64,000 nucleotides of DNA from Ostreococcus lucimarinus (taxonomy: Eukaryota): the NCBI GenBank assembly GCA_000092065.1, contig CP000583.1, one strand, 5' to 3'. The position numbers and the translations under genes were made by a program. Positions 50,738 through 59,070 of this stretch are shown one piece after another. Each line of letters starts with the position of its first letter. The stretch's first letter is position 1. Under the pieces are notes generated by a model, which saw only the letters and a list, made by a program, of their open reading frames with translations, was not told where the DNA came from and searched no databases.

Positions 50738-51712
50738 ATGGTGGAAGTTATGGGTACTTCGGACGAAGTGTTCGTTCGGAAACTGCGTTCGTTCGCGTCG
50801 CGAACGCACCTCGAACTTCACATCGACGCGGCGATGCGAGGCGAAAACGCGGAGGAGGATTACATCGACGTCTACGCATCGTCTCGCGCCAGACGAGTCG
50901 CACGCCACGCGAAAGCGGCGTCGACGACGCTCGAGAGTCAACGACGCGAAAGGCATTTGCTCCTCGAGGCGGTGACGCAGCAAAAAGAGCTGTTGGATGT
51001 GGAACAGAAACGCGCGGACGACGCGGAGGATGAGCTGGAGAAAGTCACCGCCCAGGCGGACGCGTTGTCGAAGAAATTGGACGATTTGATGTCGACGTTC
51101 ATGTCGAGGAAACTGTTGGAGAGAACGTGCGAGACGCCGACGCCGTCGTCCTCCGTTGCGGCGACCTCGACACTGCAGCTTGAAAACGAGCGCTTGAAAA
51201 GAGAAATGTACGACATGGAGAAACGCCACGCGGCGGAAATTGCTGATCTTCGCGCTGATCTTCGTGCTGATAAGCCGAATGCGCTCACGGCGGAGGAACG
51301 AAGGCGATTGTTGACGGAAATCGCCGAGGCGCGGAAAGAGATTGCAGTCGCGAAAGAAGCGCGCGCGAAGGCGCTTTCGGAAGCCATCGACCTACGTACG
51401 AAATTAGAATCTTTAGGAGCGGCGGCGAGTGTGAACGGTGTGAGTGGCGCGAACAATGCTTTCACACCGGCGGCGAGTGTGAACGGTGTGAGTGGCGCGA
51501 ACAATGCTTCCACACCGCCTAAAACCCCCGAGTGGGCAAACATAGACTGGGACGCGGCGCACGCAGAGATGGATTCCATCAAGGCGGAGAAACAGCGCAT
51601 CACGCCAAAGTTAGATAGTGGGAAACTACCCTCATTAGAAGAAGAAATAGATTGGGAAGCCGCCTACTCGGATATCGACGCGACGCGTGCGCGACGGAAA
51701 ATATTATCATAA
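50738..51712 (+). CDS. hypothetical coiled-coil protein with internal 48-bp direct repeat
   Basis: 'AASVNGVSGANNA[F/S]TP' encoded twice by near-identical 48-bp units (about 51425..51520). Confidence 0.4.
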   Translation: MVEVMGTSDEVFVRKLRSFASRTHLELHIDAAMRGENAEEDYIDVYASSRARRVARHAKAASTTLESQRRERHLLLEAVTQQKELLDVEQKRADDAEDELEKVTAQADALSKKLDDLMSTFMSRKLLERTCETPTPSSSVAATSTLQLENERLKREMYDMEKRHAAEIADLRADLRADKPNALTAEERRRLLTEIAEARKEIAVAKEARAKALSEAIDLRTKLESLGAAASVNGVSGANNAFTPAASVNGVSGANNASTPPKTPEWANIDWDAAHAEMDSIKAEKQRITPKLDSGKLPSLEEEIDWEAAYSDIDATRARRKILS

Positions 51713-51724
51713 ATAAATGTGTAT

Positions 51725-52486
51725 CTACTCCATTTCGAGCGTGGTAAAGTACTTAAGCGCGTCGAACTTCTCACCCTTCGCTTCCTTGATCAATCGTTGC
51801 AACTCGCGCGGCTTCTTGATCTGACCTTGAATACCGATTTCGTCGTCTTCGCCCTTCGGCACGACCCAGAGTGGCCACGCGCTCGTGTATCCGGTGCAAA
51901 TCCCGTCTGGCTTGATCACATCTTCGTGCCCTTCGGCGTTTTGGTAGACTCCGTTCGGGAAGCATTCAACGTAATCGATGTACTCCATCGCTTCTTTTCC
52001 CAACAGTTCCTTTTGCTTGTTGCAGTTTTCGCACCAAAACGCCCCGTACAGACGCGCCCCCGCCTCCTTCAACTGCTTCGCGATGGCGATCGCTTCTTCA
52101 CTCGATTCCTTCTGGACAACGTACTTGGTGTACGGTACGGCGACCACTTTCTTGGCCTTTTCTTCTTCATCCGCGATCGCACCGAGCGGCACACCGAACG
52201 CGGACGCGAGTGCGGCGGTAGACAGTCCGAAGAGCGCCGCGCGACGGTCGAGGTGTTCGTCGTTCGCCGACGCCGACGCGCGAGTCGTCGTCGTCACGCG
52301 CGCGCGCGACGTGGAACGACGCGCATTGGTGCGCGCGTTGATCACCGGAACGTTCGAGCGAGCTGGAGCGAACATGGACGATACGAGGGGCGCGTAAGAG
52401 TGGCGCGAGCGAGCGATCGGTTGTGGATATGTTGGAATCGGCGAGCGGCGGATGGTACAACGAAATGCTCTCTTCACACGAGTCAC
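51725..52486 (-). CDS. thioredoxin-like protein related to the soluble Trx-like domain of VKOR/LTO1, with twin-arginine (Tat) lumen-targeting motif
   Basis: 'LDRRAALFGLSTAALASAFG' (RR motif + hydrophobic core), 'LYGAFWCENCNKQKELLGKEAMEYIDYVEC' (CxxC), 'GYTSAWPLW'. Confidence 0.55.
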   Translation of the reverse strand: MTRVKRAFRCTIRRSPIPTYPQPIARSRHSYAPLVSSMFAPARSNVPVINARTNARRSTSRARVTTTTRASASANDEHLDRRAALFGLSTAALASAFGVPLGAIADEEEKAKKVVAVPYTKYVVQKESSEEAIAIAKQLKEAGARLYGAFWCENCNKQKELLGKEAMEYIDYVECFPNGVYQNAEGHEDVIKPDGICTGYTSAWPLWVVPKGEDDEIGIQGQIKKPRELQRLIKEAKGEKFDALKYFTTLEME

Positions 52487-52493
52487 GGATCTA

Positions 52494-53198
52494 TCACGAT
52501 CCCATTTGCTCCGCTTGGAGCTTGTCTAAAATGCTCTGTACGCGATGCTTCATCACTGGCTGCCCGCGCTTGGTCTTCTTGCGCATGAGTTGCTTTTTGT
52601 CCTGACGCTTGACGCGTTGAGCTTTGAGCTCGGCGTCTCGTGCGGCTTTTTCTTCTAAAAATACTTTCCTCTGCGCCTCACGCTCGGCGCGCTCGACTTG
52701 GCCTTTCTCCCAAGCCTTTTTCAAATAATCAAATTTCTTCTTCTTCCCTTTCACCGTGAGCTGTTCCTCGGGCGCCTCGTCGTCTTCGGCGGCGGCGGCG
52801 CGCGTCTTCGCGTCTTCGTCCAAATCTTCGTCCTCATCGTCCCCTCTCTTCGCCCCTTTCGCCTCTCGGGCGAGGTCTGGGTTATCAATCGCCGCCAATC
52901 GTCGCTCGTACGCCTCTGGATCGAACCCTTCGTCCCGTTCTATCTTCTCCCCGAGCTTCTTTTGCAATCTCTCATACTTTGCCTTTTTCGCCGCCGCCTC
53001 GTCTCGCGACTGTTTGATTCGTGCCCGCTTGTCGTACGTCGACTTGCGGGCGTTGATGAAACGACCGATGGACAGCGCGCTGCGTCCATCGCGCTTCATC
53101 TCCGTCCGTCGCAAGGTTTTGTCCCCGCGTTTCGCATCGCGCGACGTCGACGCTAGAATTTCACCCATGCCCTCCGCGCGTCGCGGAGTGCGGCCCAT
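52494..53198 (-). CDS. hypothetical Lys/Arg/Glu-rich basic protein (nucleolar/rRNA-processing-type composition)
   Basis: Intact ORF. Charged coiled coil. No confident family. Confidence 0.35.
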   Translation of the reverse strand: MGRTPRRAEGMGEILASTSRDAKRGDKTLRRTEMKRDGRSALSIGRFINARKSTYDKRARIKQSRDEAAAKKAKYERLQKKLGEKIERDEGFDPEAYERRLAAIDNPDLAREAKGAKRGDDEDEDLDEDAKTRAAAAEDDEAPEEQLTVKGKKKKFDYLKKAWEKGQVERAEREAQRKVFLEEKAARDAELKAQRVKRQDKKQLMRKKTKRGQPVMKHRVQSILDKLQAEQMGS

Positions 53199-53251
53199 TC
53201 GTCGACGCGACTCGTCGCGACGGCGCGCGCGTCGCGAGCGCGGAGGGCGCG

Positions 53252-53989
53252 ATGGAGCTCCCGGCGTCGATAAATAAGTTTATCGAGCGCGCGCGGGGCG
53301 TCGTCGATGGGGCGTCGAACGCGCGCGCGGCGCTGGATGAGCGGATAGATCGAACGAGCTCGGACGCCGCGTTCGCGGTGGCGAAGACGATCGAGACGAC
53401 GAGGGAGCGGGTGAACGATATCACCGATACCGCGGTCGCGCACGCTGAGGCGTTGGCCGAGCACGCGCGGGAGAGCGAGGATGAGTTCTTTAAGATGGCG
53501 AGCAAGCGCGTGGTGGAGACGGTGCGGGAGAACCCAGCGAGCGCGACCGCGGGTGCGCTGACGTTTCTCGCGCTCGCGCTTCCGGGACCGAGAGCGTTGC
53601 TGTGGCGATCGACGCTCGGGAGATTGCAAAGCGAGGAGGCACTCTTCAACGCGTGCGTGCGTAGGAGCGAAACGCTGGCGCTCGACGCTGAAGCGGCGAG
53701 CGGGGAGATTCAGCGCTTGACGGAAGCTGCGAGTGCCGCGGAGGTTGAGATGAAGCGTGGGGCGGCAAATTTGAAATCGGCTGCCCGAGAGCTTCGTGCG
53801 ATGGAGTCGAGGACGTACGGTATGGATAAGAAGGCGACGACACTCTTGAACGACTTGCGCGTCTTGCCGAGCAAGGAGGCGGTGGCGCTCCAAGAACAGG
53901 TGGCCTCGACGGTCGATAAGGTGGCGGCCCATCGCAACGTCGCCCTGTCCACGCTTAAGCGTATTTTCAAGAGCGGTATCGAGGTGTAA
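53252..53989 (+). CDS. hypothetical protein with one predicted TM segment and Ala/Glu-rich helices
   Basis: 'AGALTFLALALPGPRALLW'. The antisense Arg-rich ORF 53153..54139 is judged spurious. Confidence 0.35.
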   Translation: MELPASINKFIERARGVVDGASNARAALDERIDRTSSDAAFAVAKTIETTRERVNDITDTAVAHAEALAEHARESEDEFFKMASKRVVETVRENPASATAGALTFLALALPGPRALLWRSTLGRLQSEEALFNACVRRSETLALDAEAASGEIQRLTEAASAAEVEMKRGAANLKSAARELRAMESRTYGMDKKATTLLNDLRVLPSKEAVALQEQVASTVDKVAAHRNVALSTLKRIFKSGIEV

Positions 53990-54364
53990 ATCTCCTCGAA
54001 CGTCTTCGTAGTCCAGCGCATTAGATGTGTAAGTAGCAGCACCCGCGGCGAAGCCTTCTCCTCTCGCGACGTTCGCGGGAGTGCCTCCGCGAACGAAACG
54101 CCCTCTCGTCGCTCTCGCGAGCGATCGAGCGCACGTCAAGACTTCACACGAGCTCGCGCGACGCGTAATTCCGACTCTCGCGAATCGACGGACCGAACGG
54201 GGGGGGAGGCGAAGTCTTTCGTTCGCACTGGAGAAATGTAAAAGATTGTGAGAAACGTGGCGAGGAGGGCCCTGTTTTAACTGCGATCGCGTCCGATCGG
54301 TTCGCGTGTTTCGGGCTTACGGTTCCGAAACACTGAAAAAAGCTGAAATCCGCGTCAGAGTTCG

Positions 54365-55036
54365 TTGCGCGTCATCGGTATGAGAGCGTCGTGTTCGGCG
54401 TCAGGAGTTCGAGCCCCCAGCGCGTCGACGGCGGCGAAGCGCAAGCACGCTACCCCCTCAGCGAATCGTCGCGATTTCCTCGCTTTCGTCGCTTTTCTTT
54501 CGTCCTCCTCGGCGCCTGCGTCGCGAGCGCAATTCTACAAGCGAAGCTTTCGCGAGCGATTCGAGACGTCCATCTCTTCCGCCACGCACGATTATTCCTT
54601 CGAGTATCCGGAGGATTGGAGCGCGGATATCGTGTCGTTAAATGATGGCAAACTCTACGGCGTCGATACTCGCTATAAGTCGGACACAGGGAACGGTCAG
54701 CTCGCCGTGAGTGTTTTGCCTTTCGTCGGGGCGGACGGTATCAAAGACGCCGGGACGCCGGAGGATGTTTTGCAAAGATTTGAAGAGCTCATCGGTGCCT
54801 ACTGGGAACAAAATGGTTTTGGACAACCAGGACGAACGCCATCGTCAACGTCTGTGTCGACGAAAAACGGTGTCGATTATTATCTATACGAACTCGTGTC
54901 GCCGCACAACTTGATTTCCGCGTGCATCGTCGAAGGTGAACTGTATCTCATGGTCGCCTCTTGCGGCGCTCGGTCTTGGAAGAGCGCCGAAGGCGATCTA
55001 CGATCAATCGTTGATTCGTTCAAGGTGCCACCATAG
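54365..55036 (+). CDS. PsbP-domain protein (PPL/PPD-type), thylakoid-lumen Tat substrate
   Basis: Tat motif 'NRRDFLAFVAFL'. PsbP fold 'YSFEYPEDWSAD', 'GVDYYLYELVSPHNL', 'GELYLMVASCGARSWKSAEGDLRSIVDSFKV'. Confidence 0.7.
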   Translation: MRVIGMRASCSASGVRAPSASTAAKRKHATPSANRRDFLAFVAFLSSSSAPASRAQFYKRSFRERFETSISSATHDYSFEYPEDWSADIVSLNDGKLYGVDTRYKSDTGNGQLAVSVLPFVGADGIKDAGTPEDVLQRFEELIGAYWEQNGFGQPGRTPSSTSVSTKNGVDYYLYELVSPHNLISACIVEGELYLMVASCGARSWKSAEGDLRSIVDSFKVPP

Positions 55037-55103
55037 CCTTAGCGTTCGTTGTATTACAAAATTCTCATTTCCAACAAGATTTCGTCGGTGTCATTTCATG
55101 CAT

Positions 55104-58100
55104 TCATTTCCAAGTGTTTGGAAATTGTTGCGTTCGCGATGATGATATTCTCGTGAATCGGTGCTGCGTTAAGTCTCTGTTCGAATCGAAACAATCAAGC
55201 GTCGAGTTTCTTCGCCCACGCTCGGGAGGCGCGGGCATTCGGTAAGACTCGAGCATTTGATTGAATTCCTCAAGTGACGGTTCAGGTTGCTGCCGATGCT
55301 TCTCCAGAATCATGTTTGCGCTCGTCGAGGGTCCGTCGCTCGTCCGGGTCGGTTGCCAGAGTCGACCACCGCCGACAGCGCCAACATTGACAGGGGGCGC
55401 TCTTCGTGGTGACGCCGCTGGCGGTGATCGTAAGAGTGATCGCGGCGCCGACGTGGGAGACGTCTTGAAGTCCACGATTGGAGACGGCGTATCGATATTG
55501 CGCCGATGCAAAGATTGGTAATAATGCGGAGTCGCGGTGTTTGTCGGCGAATCTAAAGACAAAGATTCGAGCTCCCATTCGTCGAGTCGTGGTCGCTTCG
55601 AAATGGGCGAGTAAAACTCTGTGATTGGACGTTCCGTGAAGACTTGCCTTCGTTCTTGCGCAGCTCCGCCGCGGGGCGAATACGGCGGTGGTACATCCTT
55701 CGCCGGCTCTTCGGCACCGAAGACATCGAGTGGGCATCCAAGGTATCCATCGCGTTGCAAGTACGCCTTAGTATTCGAAGACAGATTACCAATGCGTTGG
55801 AGTTCATCGCAAACGAATTCATCCGCCAATAGAGCGCATGCGGAGATTGGATTGAGCAAAGGAAACATATCACACAACTCCATTTCTTCAATCGTTCGGC
55901 TCTCTGGCATTGGCGCAGAAAATTCTGAGAAACGACCATCTTGTGGCTGCAGAATCTCATGTAGCATCGACGCGGTTTCATCTTCGAGACTGTACCTGAG
56001 ATCGATGGAAAAATGCATGTGCGCGGCGTCTGAATGGATTCTTCGATCAAGCGTTTGCGCAATGTTTAAAAAGTCCAAATCACCCTCAAAGACCATCGTT
56101 CCTGACACAAACGAGTGCGCCATAGCAACCATCAAATCTTCCACCAACGAAAAAAGTTCAATTTGTGTCGGTAACCCTTCAACAAAATATTCTGGCACGA
56201 TCAATATCACTGCGTGAACTTGCTTGCCGACGGTGAAGCATGCGTCAACGTCGATCCCAAACTCTCGCAAAATCACGTCGCACCCGTCGTCGAGTAAGTT
56301 TCGCTCAACTTGACCAAATAGTTGCTCTCGTACCTTGATAATCTGTCTAGCGACGTTGAGCACGACGACGTGCCTCGGAACGCCATCGAATTGTACAGGA
56401 GGCGATACATTGGGATCTTCGTCGCGCACGACGCTTGCAGCATGTTGATTATTCTCCACGTACGGTGAATGACGCAACGCCGATGACGCAGGCTCTGGAT
56501 CTTCACTAGGTATAGAGACACCCCGTTTCATGGCGAGCACTCTCACAAAGCGATTTGCAGCGTGGCGCGAAGAACCAAGCAGATGAAGATCTTGAAGCGC
56601 ATTCGGCGACGGAGCGTAATAAACGCACGTCGAAAATAGCTCCAATGGAAATGCCTCATGAGCAATATGAGCCTCGAGAGCGATTAAAACTTGTACATTG
56701 GCCGTCGCGAGCGTAACCGCGCGAGCGAAATCCTCAACATCGTCTTCGTGTAGATTTTTAAACTCTTGCTTACCATCAAACTGAACTGCTTTTGTACCAA
56801 GCTTACTGATAAATCGCACGATGGAGAGTATACCCATCGCGTCGGGAAAGATAATGAGCATTTTCGATTGAGTCACTATGAGATCTGCGATGTACGCTCT
56901 GATCATTCTCAACTTGGGATGATCGTCAAACTCGCCGCGCTCCACGGCAACGTCGTTGTTTTCGACGAGGCTCTTGATGTCTGATAAATCTTGTTCATCC
57001 TTAGCGTAACTCCGCATCAAAATGTGCGCTTGATGAATTCCATACACATGAATTAAATTCGCCGCACTTTGACAGCACAGCAAGTTCTTCAAATGTCGAT
57101 TGATTGACGACGACTCATTCGCAAAGTGTTTCATTGCGTGCGCGAGCTCCGTAGATTCGCCGACTTGAAATCGGGGAATAGCTCGCTGAATATCCAGAGG
57201 TAAAATTTGCGATATGTAACCATAACGTTCCGCGAGCACTTTGATCACATATGTGTGTTCTGGATCAAGGTCAAGCTCGACGAAATCGATCAAGCACGCA
57301 TCCTTGTGTTTCTCAATCTTCGAAAGAGACAGCGATTCACTCAGCGTCGGTGGCTTTGGAATGGCTTCAGGCGCTGACTTTGGCGGTTCTTTCGTCGTTC
57401 GTGGTTCATCGTTCTTATCCATCATGTCGTCCCAAGTCCAATCGAGATCATCATTATCCATCTCGGCTTCGCGAAATAAAGTTGCCGCCGCGGTGTGCTC
57501 TTCTTCTTGAAATCGCGCCAACGTATCGAGGGCGTTTGGGATAGCAACTTTCCATTCGGATAACGCGGGCGCGCGGTCTTTTACTGCTTGCACACTCGCA
57601 ATCACGTCTCGCATTGCGCGATCCGTACGAACATTCGCATCTTCTTCTTCTTCTTCATCGATCTTCGGTACAATCATTGGTTTGGTGACGAATCGGTCGT
57701 CGACGTTTAGAAGCTTCTTTGTCATTTGCGCTTTGGCTTTGGACGAGAAATCATTCGACACCGCGAGGGTGTGCTCTTCCACAGGCGTCGTTAAAGTCTT
57801 CAACTTTGAGTCCAGAGCAATATCCATCGAATCTGGATCCACGTTCTCCATGAACCTTGGCGCGGTGTCTTCACAAATCAACGGAGCGATCTTCGTCGGC
57901 ACGGCTTGGAAAGGGTCTTTCGTCGACGGCTCGGGGATCCTTCCTTGAAACAGGAGATTCTTTAAGTACTCCTTGCATGAACTATCAATCTTTATCTCAT
58001 TTTCCCACGGCAGCACTTTGATCTTTTTCGCCATCGAGAGCAAGAACGTGATCGGAGACGCGAGAAGAGAAGGCTCGTCCATCGCAAACGAAGTCTCGAG

Positions 58101-58766
58101 TGGGCGCGGAAACAAACTCATGAAATCCTTCAACTTACCAACCTTCGTCGTCGACTCAAACTCTTTCGAACCTTCGCTCTCTCGCTCAACGTCGTATCTC
58201 TTCTGCAAGTCATTCTCAACGCAATCCAGCGCCTCCAGGGCGTCTTCGTTCAATCGAAACAAACAGCTCTCCGAATTTGTCGAGAAACTCGCCTCGCGAA
58301 TCGCTCTTCGCAGCGCTCTTCGCGTCTCGTCTTCATCGACGATCACGGGCGTCTCCATCCTCTCCATCCACCGCGAATCCATCGCTACTACCAATGACTT
58401 ATCGATGCCACCGCGCTTCTTCCCATGATCGACCGATATCTTCACCGGACGCGAAGCCACCGCGCCGAACGCCATCGCTCTCTCGTCTCTCGTCTCGCGA
58501 CCCGTCTCCACCCAATCCATCGTCTCCACGCACTTCTCCACCGGCACGGCGGCGATGATGTCCATCGCCGTCAGCGACGCGCACCGCACTTTCGTCCTCC
58601 CCCCCCCCGTGGCGACGTCATCGAGCGTCACCGACCCACCGCTCGTCTCCGACGTCGCCTCGTTCTCGTCCTCCCCCGCCGTCGTCGCGTCGCCTTCGAT
58701 CGCCCTCGCCTTCGCCTCCCACTTCCCACCCCCGTCCTCGCTCGGTTTCGCCCCGATGTGCGTCAT
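55104..58766 (-). CDS. large uncharacterised protein (about 1220 aa) with acidic Gly/Thr-rich N-terminus; possible degenerate helicase-C-like segment
   Basis: Continuous ORF with no Walker A/B. 'KMLIIFPDAMGILSIVRFISKLGTKAVQFDGK' is reminiscent of the SF2 helicase-C motif IV-V context. Track ORF's first 100 codons are microsatellite read-through; M102 (58766) or M87 (58811) is a likelier start. Confidence 0.45.
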   Translation of the reverse strand: MTHIGAKPSEDGGGKWEAKARAIEGDATTAGEDENEATSETSGGSVTLDDVATGGGRTKVRCASLTAMDIIAAVPVEKCVETMDWVETGRETRDERAMAFGAVASRPVKISVDHGKKRGGIDKSLVVAMDSRWMERMETPVIVDEDETRRALRRAIREASFSTNSESCLFRLNEDALEALDCVENDLQKRYDVERESEGSKEFESTTKVGKLKDFMSLFPRPLETSFAMDEPSLLASPITFLLSMAKKIKVLPWENEIKIDSSCKEYLKNLLFQGRIPEPSTKDPFQAVPTKIAPLICEDTAPRFMENVDPDSMDIALDSKLKTLTTPVEEHTLAVSNDFSSKAKAQMTKKLLNVDDRFVTKPMIVPKIDEEEEEDANVRTDRAMRDVIASVQAVKDRAPALSEWKVAIPNALDTLARFQEEEHTAAATLFREAEMDNDDLDWTWDDMMDKNDEPRTTKEPPKSAPEAIPKPPTLSESLSLSKIEKHKDACLIDFVELDLDPEHTYVIKVLAERYGYISQILPLDIQRAIPRFQVGESTELAHAMKHFANESSSINRHLKNLLCCQSAANLIHVYGIHQAHILMRSYAKDEQDLSDIKSLVENNDVAVERGEFDDHPKLRMIRAYIADLIVTQSKMLIIFPDAMGILSIVRFISKLGTKAVQFDGKQEFKNLHEDDVEDFARAVTLATANVQVLIALEAHIAHEAFPLELFSTCVYYAPSPNALQDLHLLGSSRHAANRFVRVLAMKRGVSIPSEDPEPASSALRHSPYVENNQHAASVVRDEDPNVSPPVQFDGVPRHVVVLNVARQIIKVREQLFGQVERNLLDDGCDVILREFGIDVDACFTVGKQVHAVILIVPEYFVEGLPTQIELFSLVEDLMVAMAHSFVSGTMVFEGDLDFLNIAQTLDRRIHSDAAHMHFSIDLRYSLEDETASMLHEILQPQDGRFSEFSAPMPESRTIEEMELCDMFPLLNPISACALLADEFVCDELQRIGNLSSNTKAYLQRDGYLGCPLDVFGAEEPAKDVPPPYSPRGGAAQERRQVFTERPITEFYSPISKRPRLDEWELESLSLDSPTNTATPHYYQSLHRRNIDTPSPIVDFKTSPTSAPRSLLRSPPAASPRRAPPVNVGAVGGGRLWQPTRTSDGPSTSANMILEKHRQQPEPSLEEFNQMLESYRMPAPPERGRRNSTLDCFDSNRDLTQHRFTRISSSRTQQFPNTWK

Positions 58767-58889
58767 CGCGTCTCGTTTCAAATCATCCCTTCGCGTCGAC
58801 GCGTACCGCATCCTCGTCCGTCGCGCCGTCGTCGCGGTGTGGCCGTCCAGCCGTCGCCCGTCCGTCCGTCTCGTCCCGTCTCGGGACGC

Positions 58890-59062
58890 GAATCGCCGGA
58901 TCGGCGAATCGCCGGATCGCGCGATCGGCGGATCGGCGGATCGGCGATCGCGCGATCGATCGTCCGTCGATCGCGCGATCGCGTCGATCGATCGATCGTC
59001 GATCGACGTCCGTCGACGGACGTCGATCGTCGATCGTCCCGCCCGGCGCGTCGATCGTCCCG
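58890..59062. repeat. GATCG/GGATCG-based microsatellite cluster in a divergent promoter region
   Basis: 'gaatcgccggatcggcgaatcgccggatcgcgcgatcggcggatcggcggatcggcgatcgcgcgatcgatcg...'. Confidence 0.9.
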
Positions 59063-59070
59063 CCCGCACA

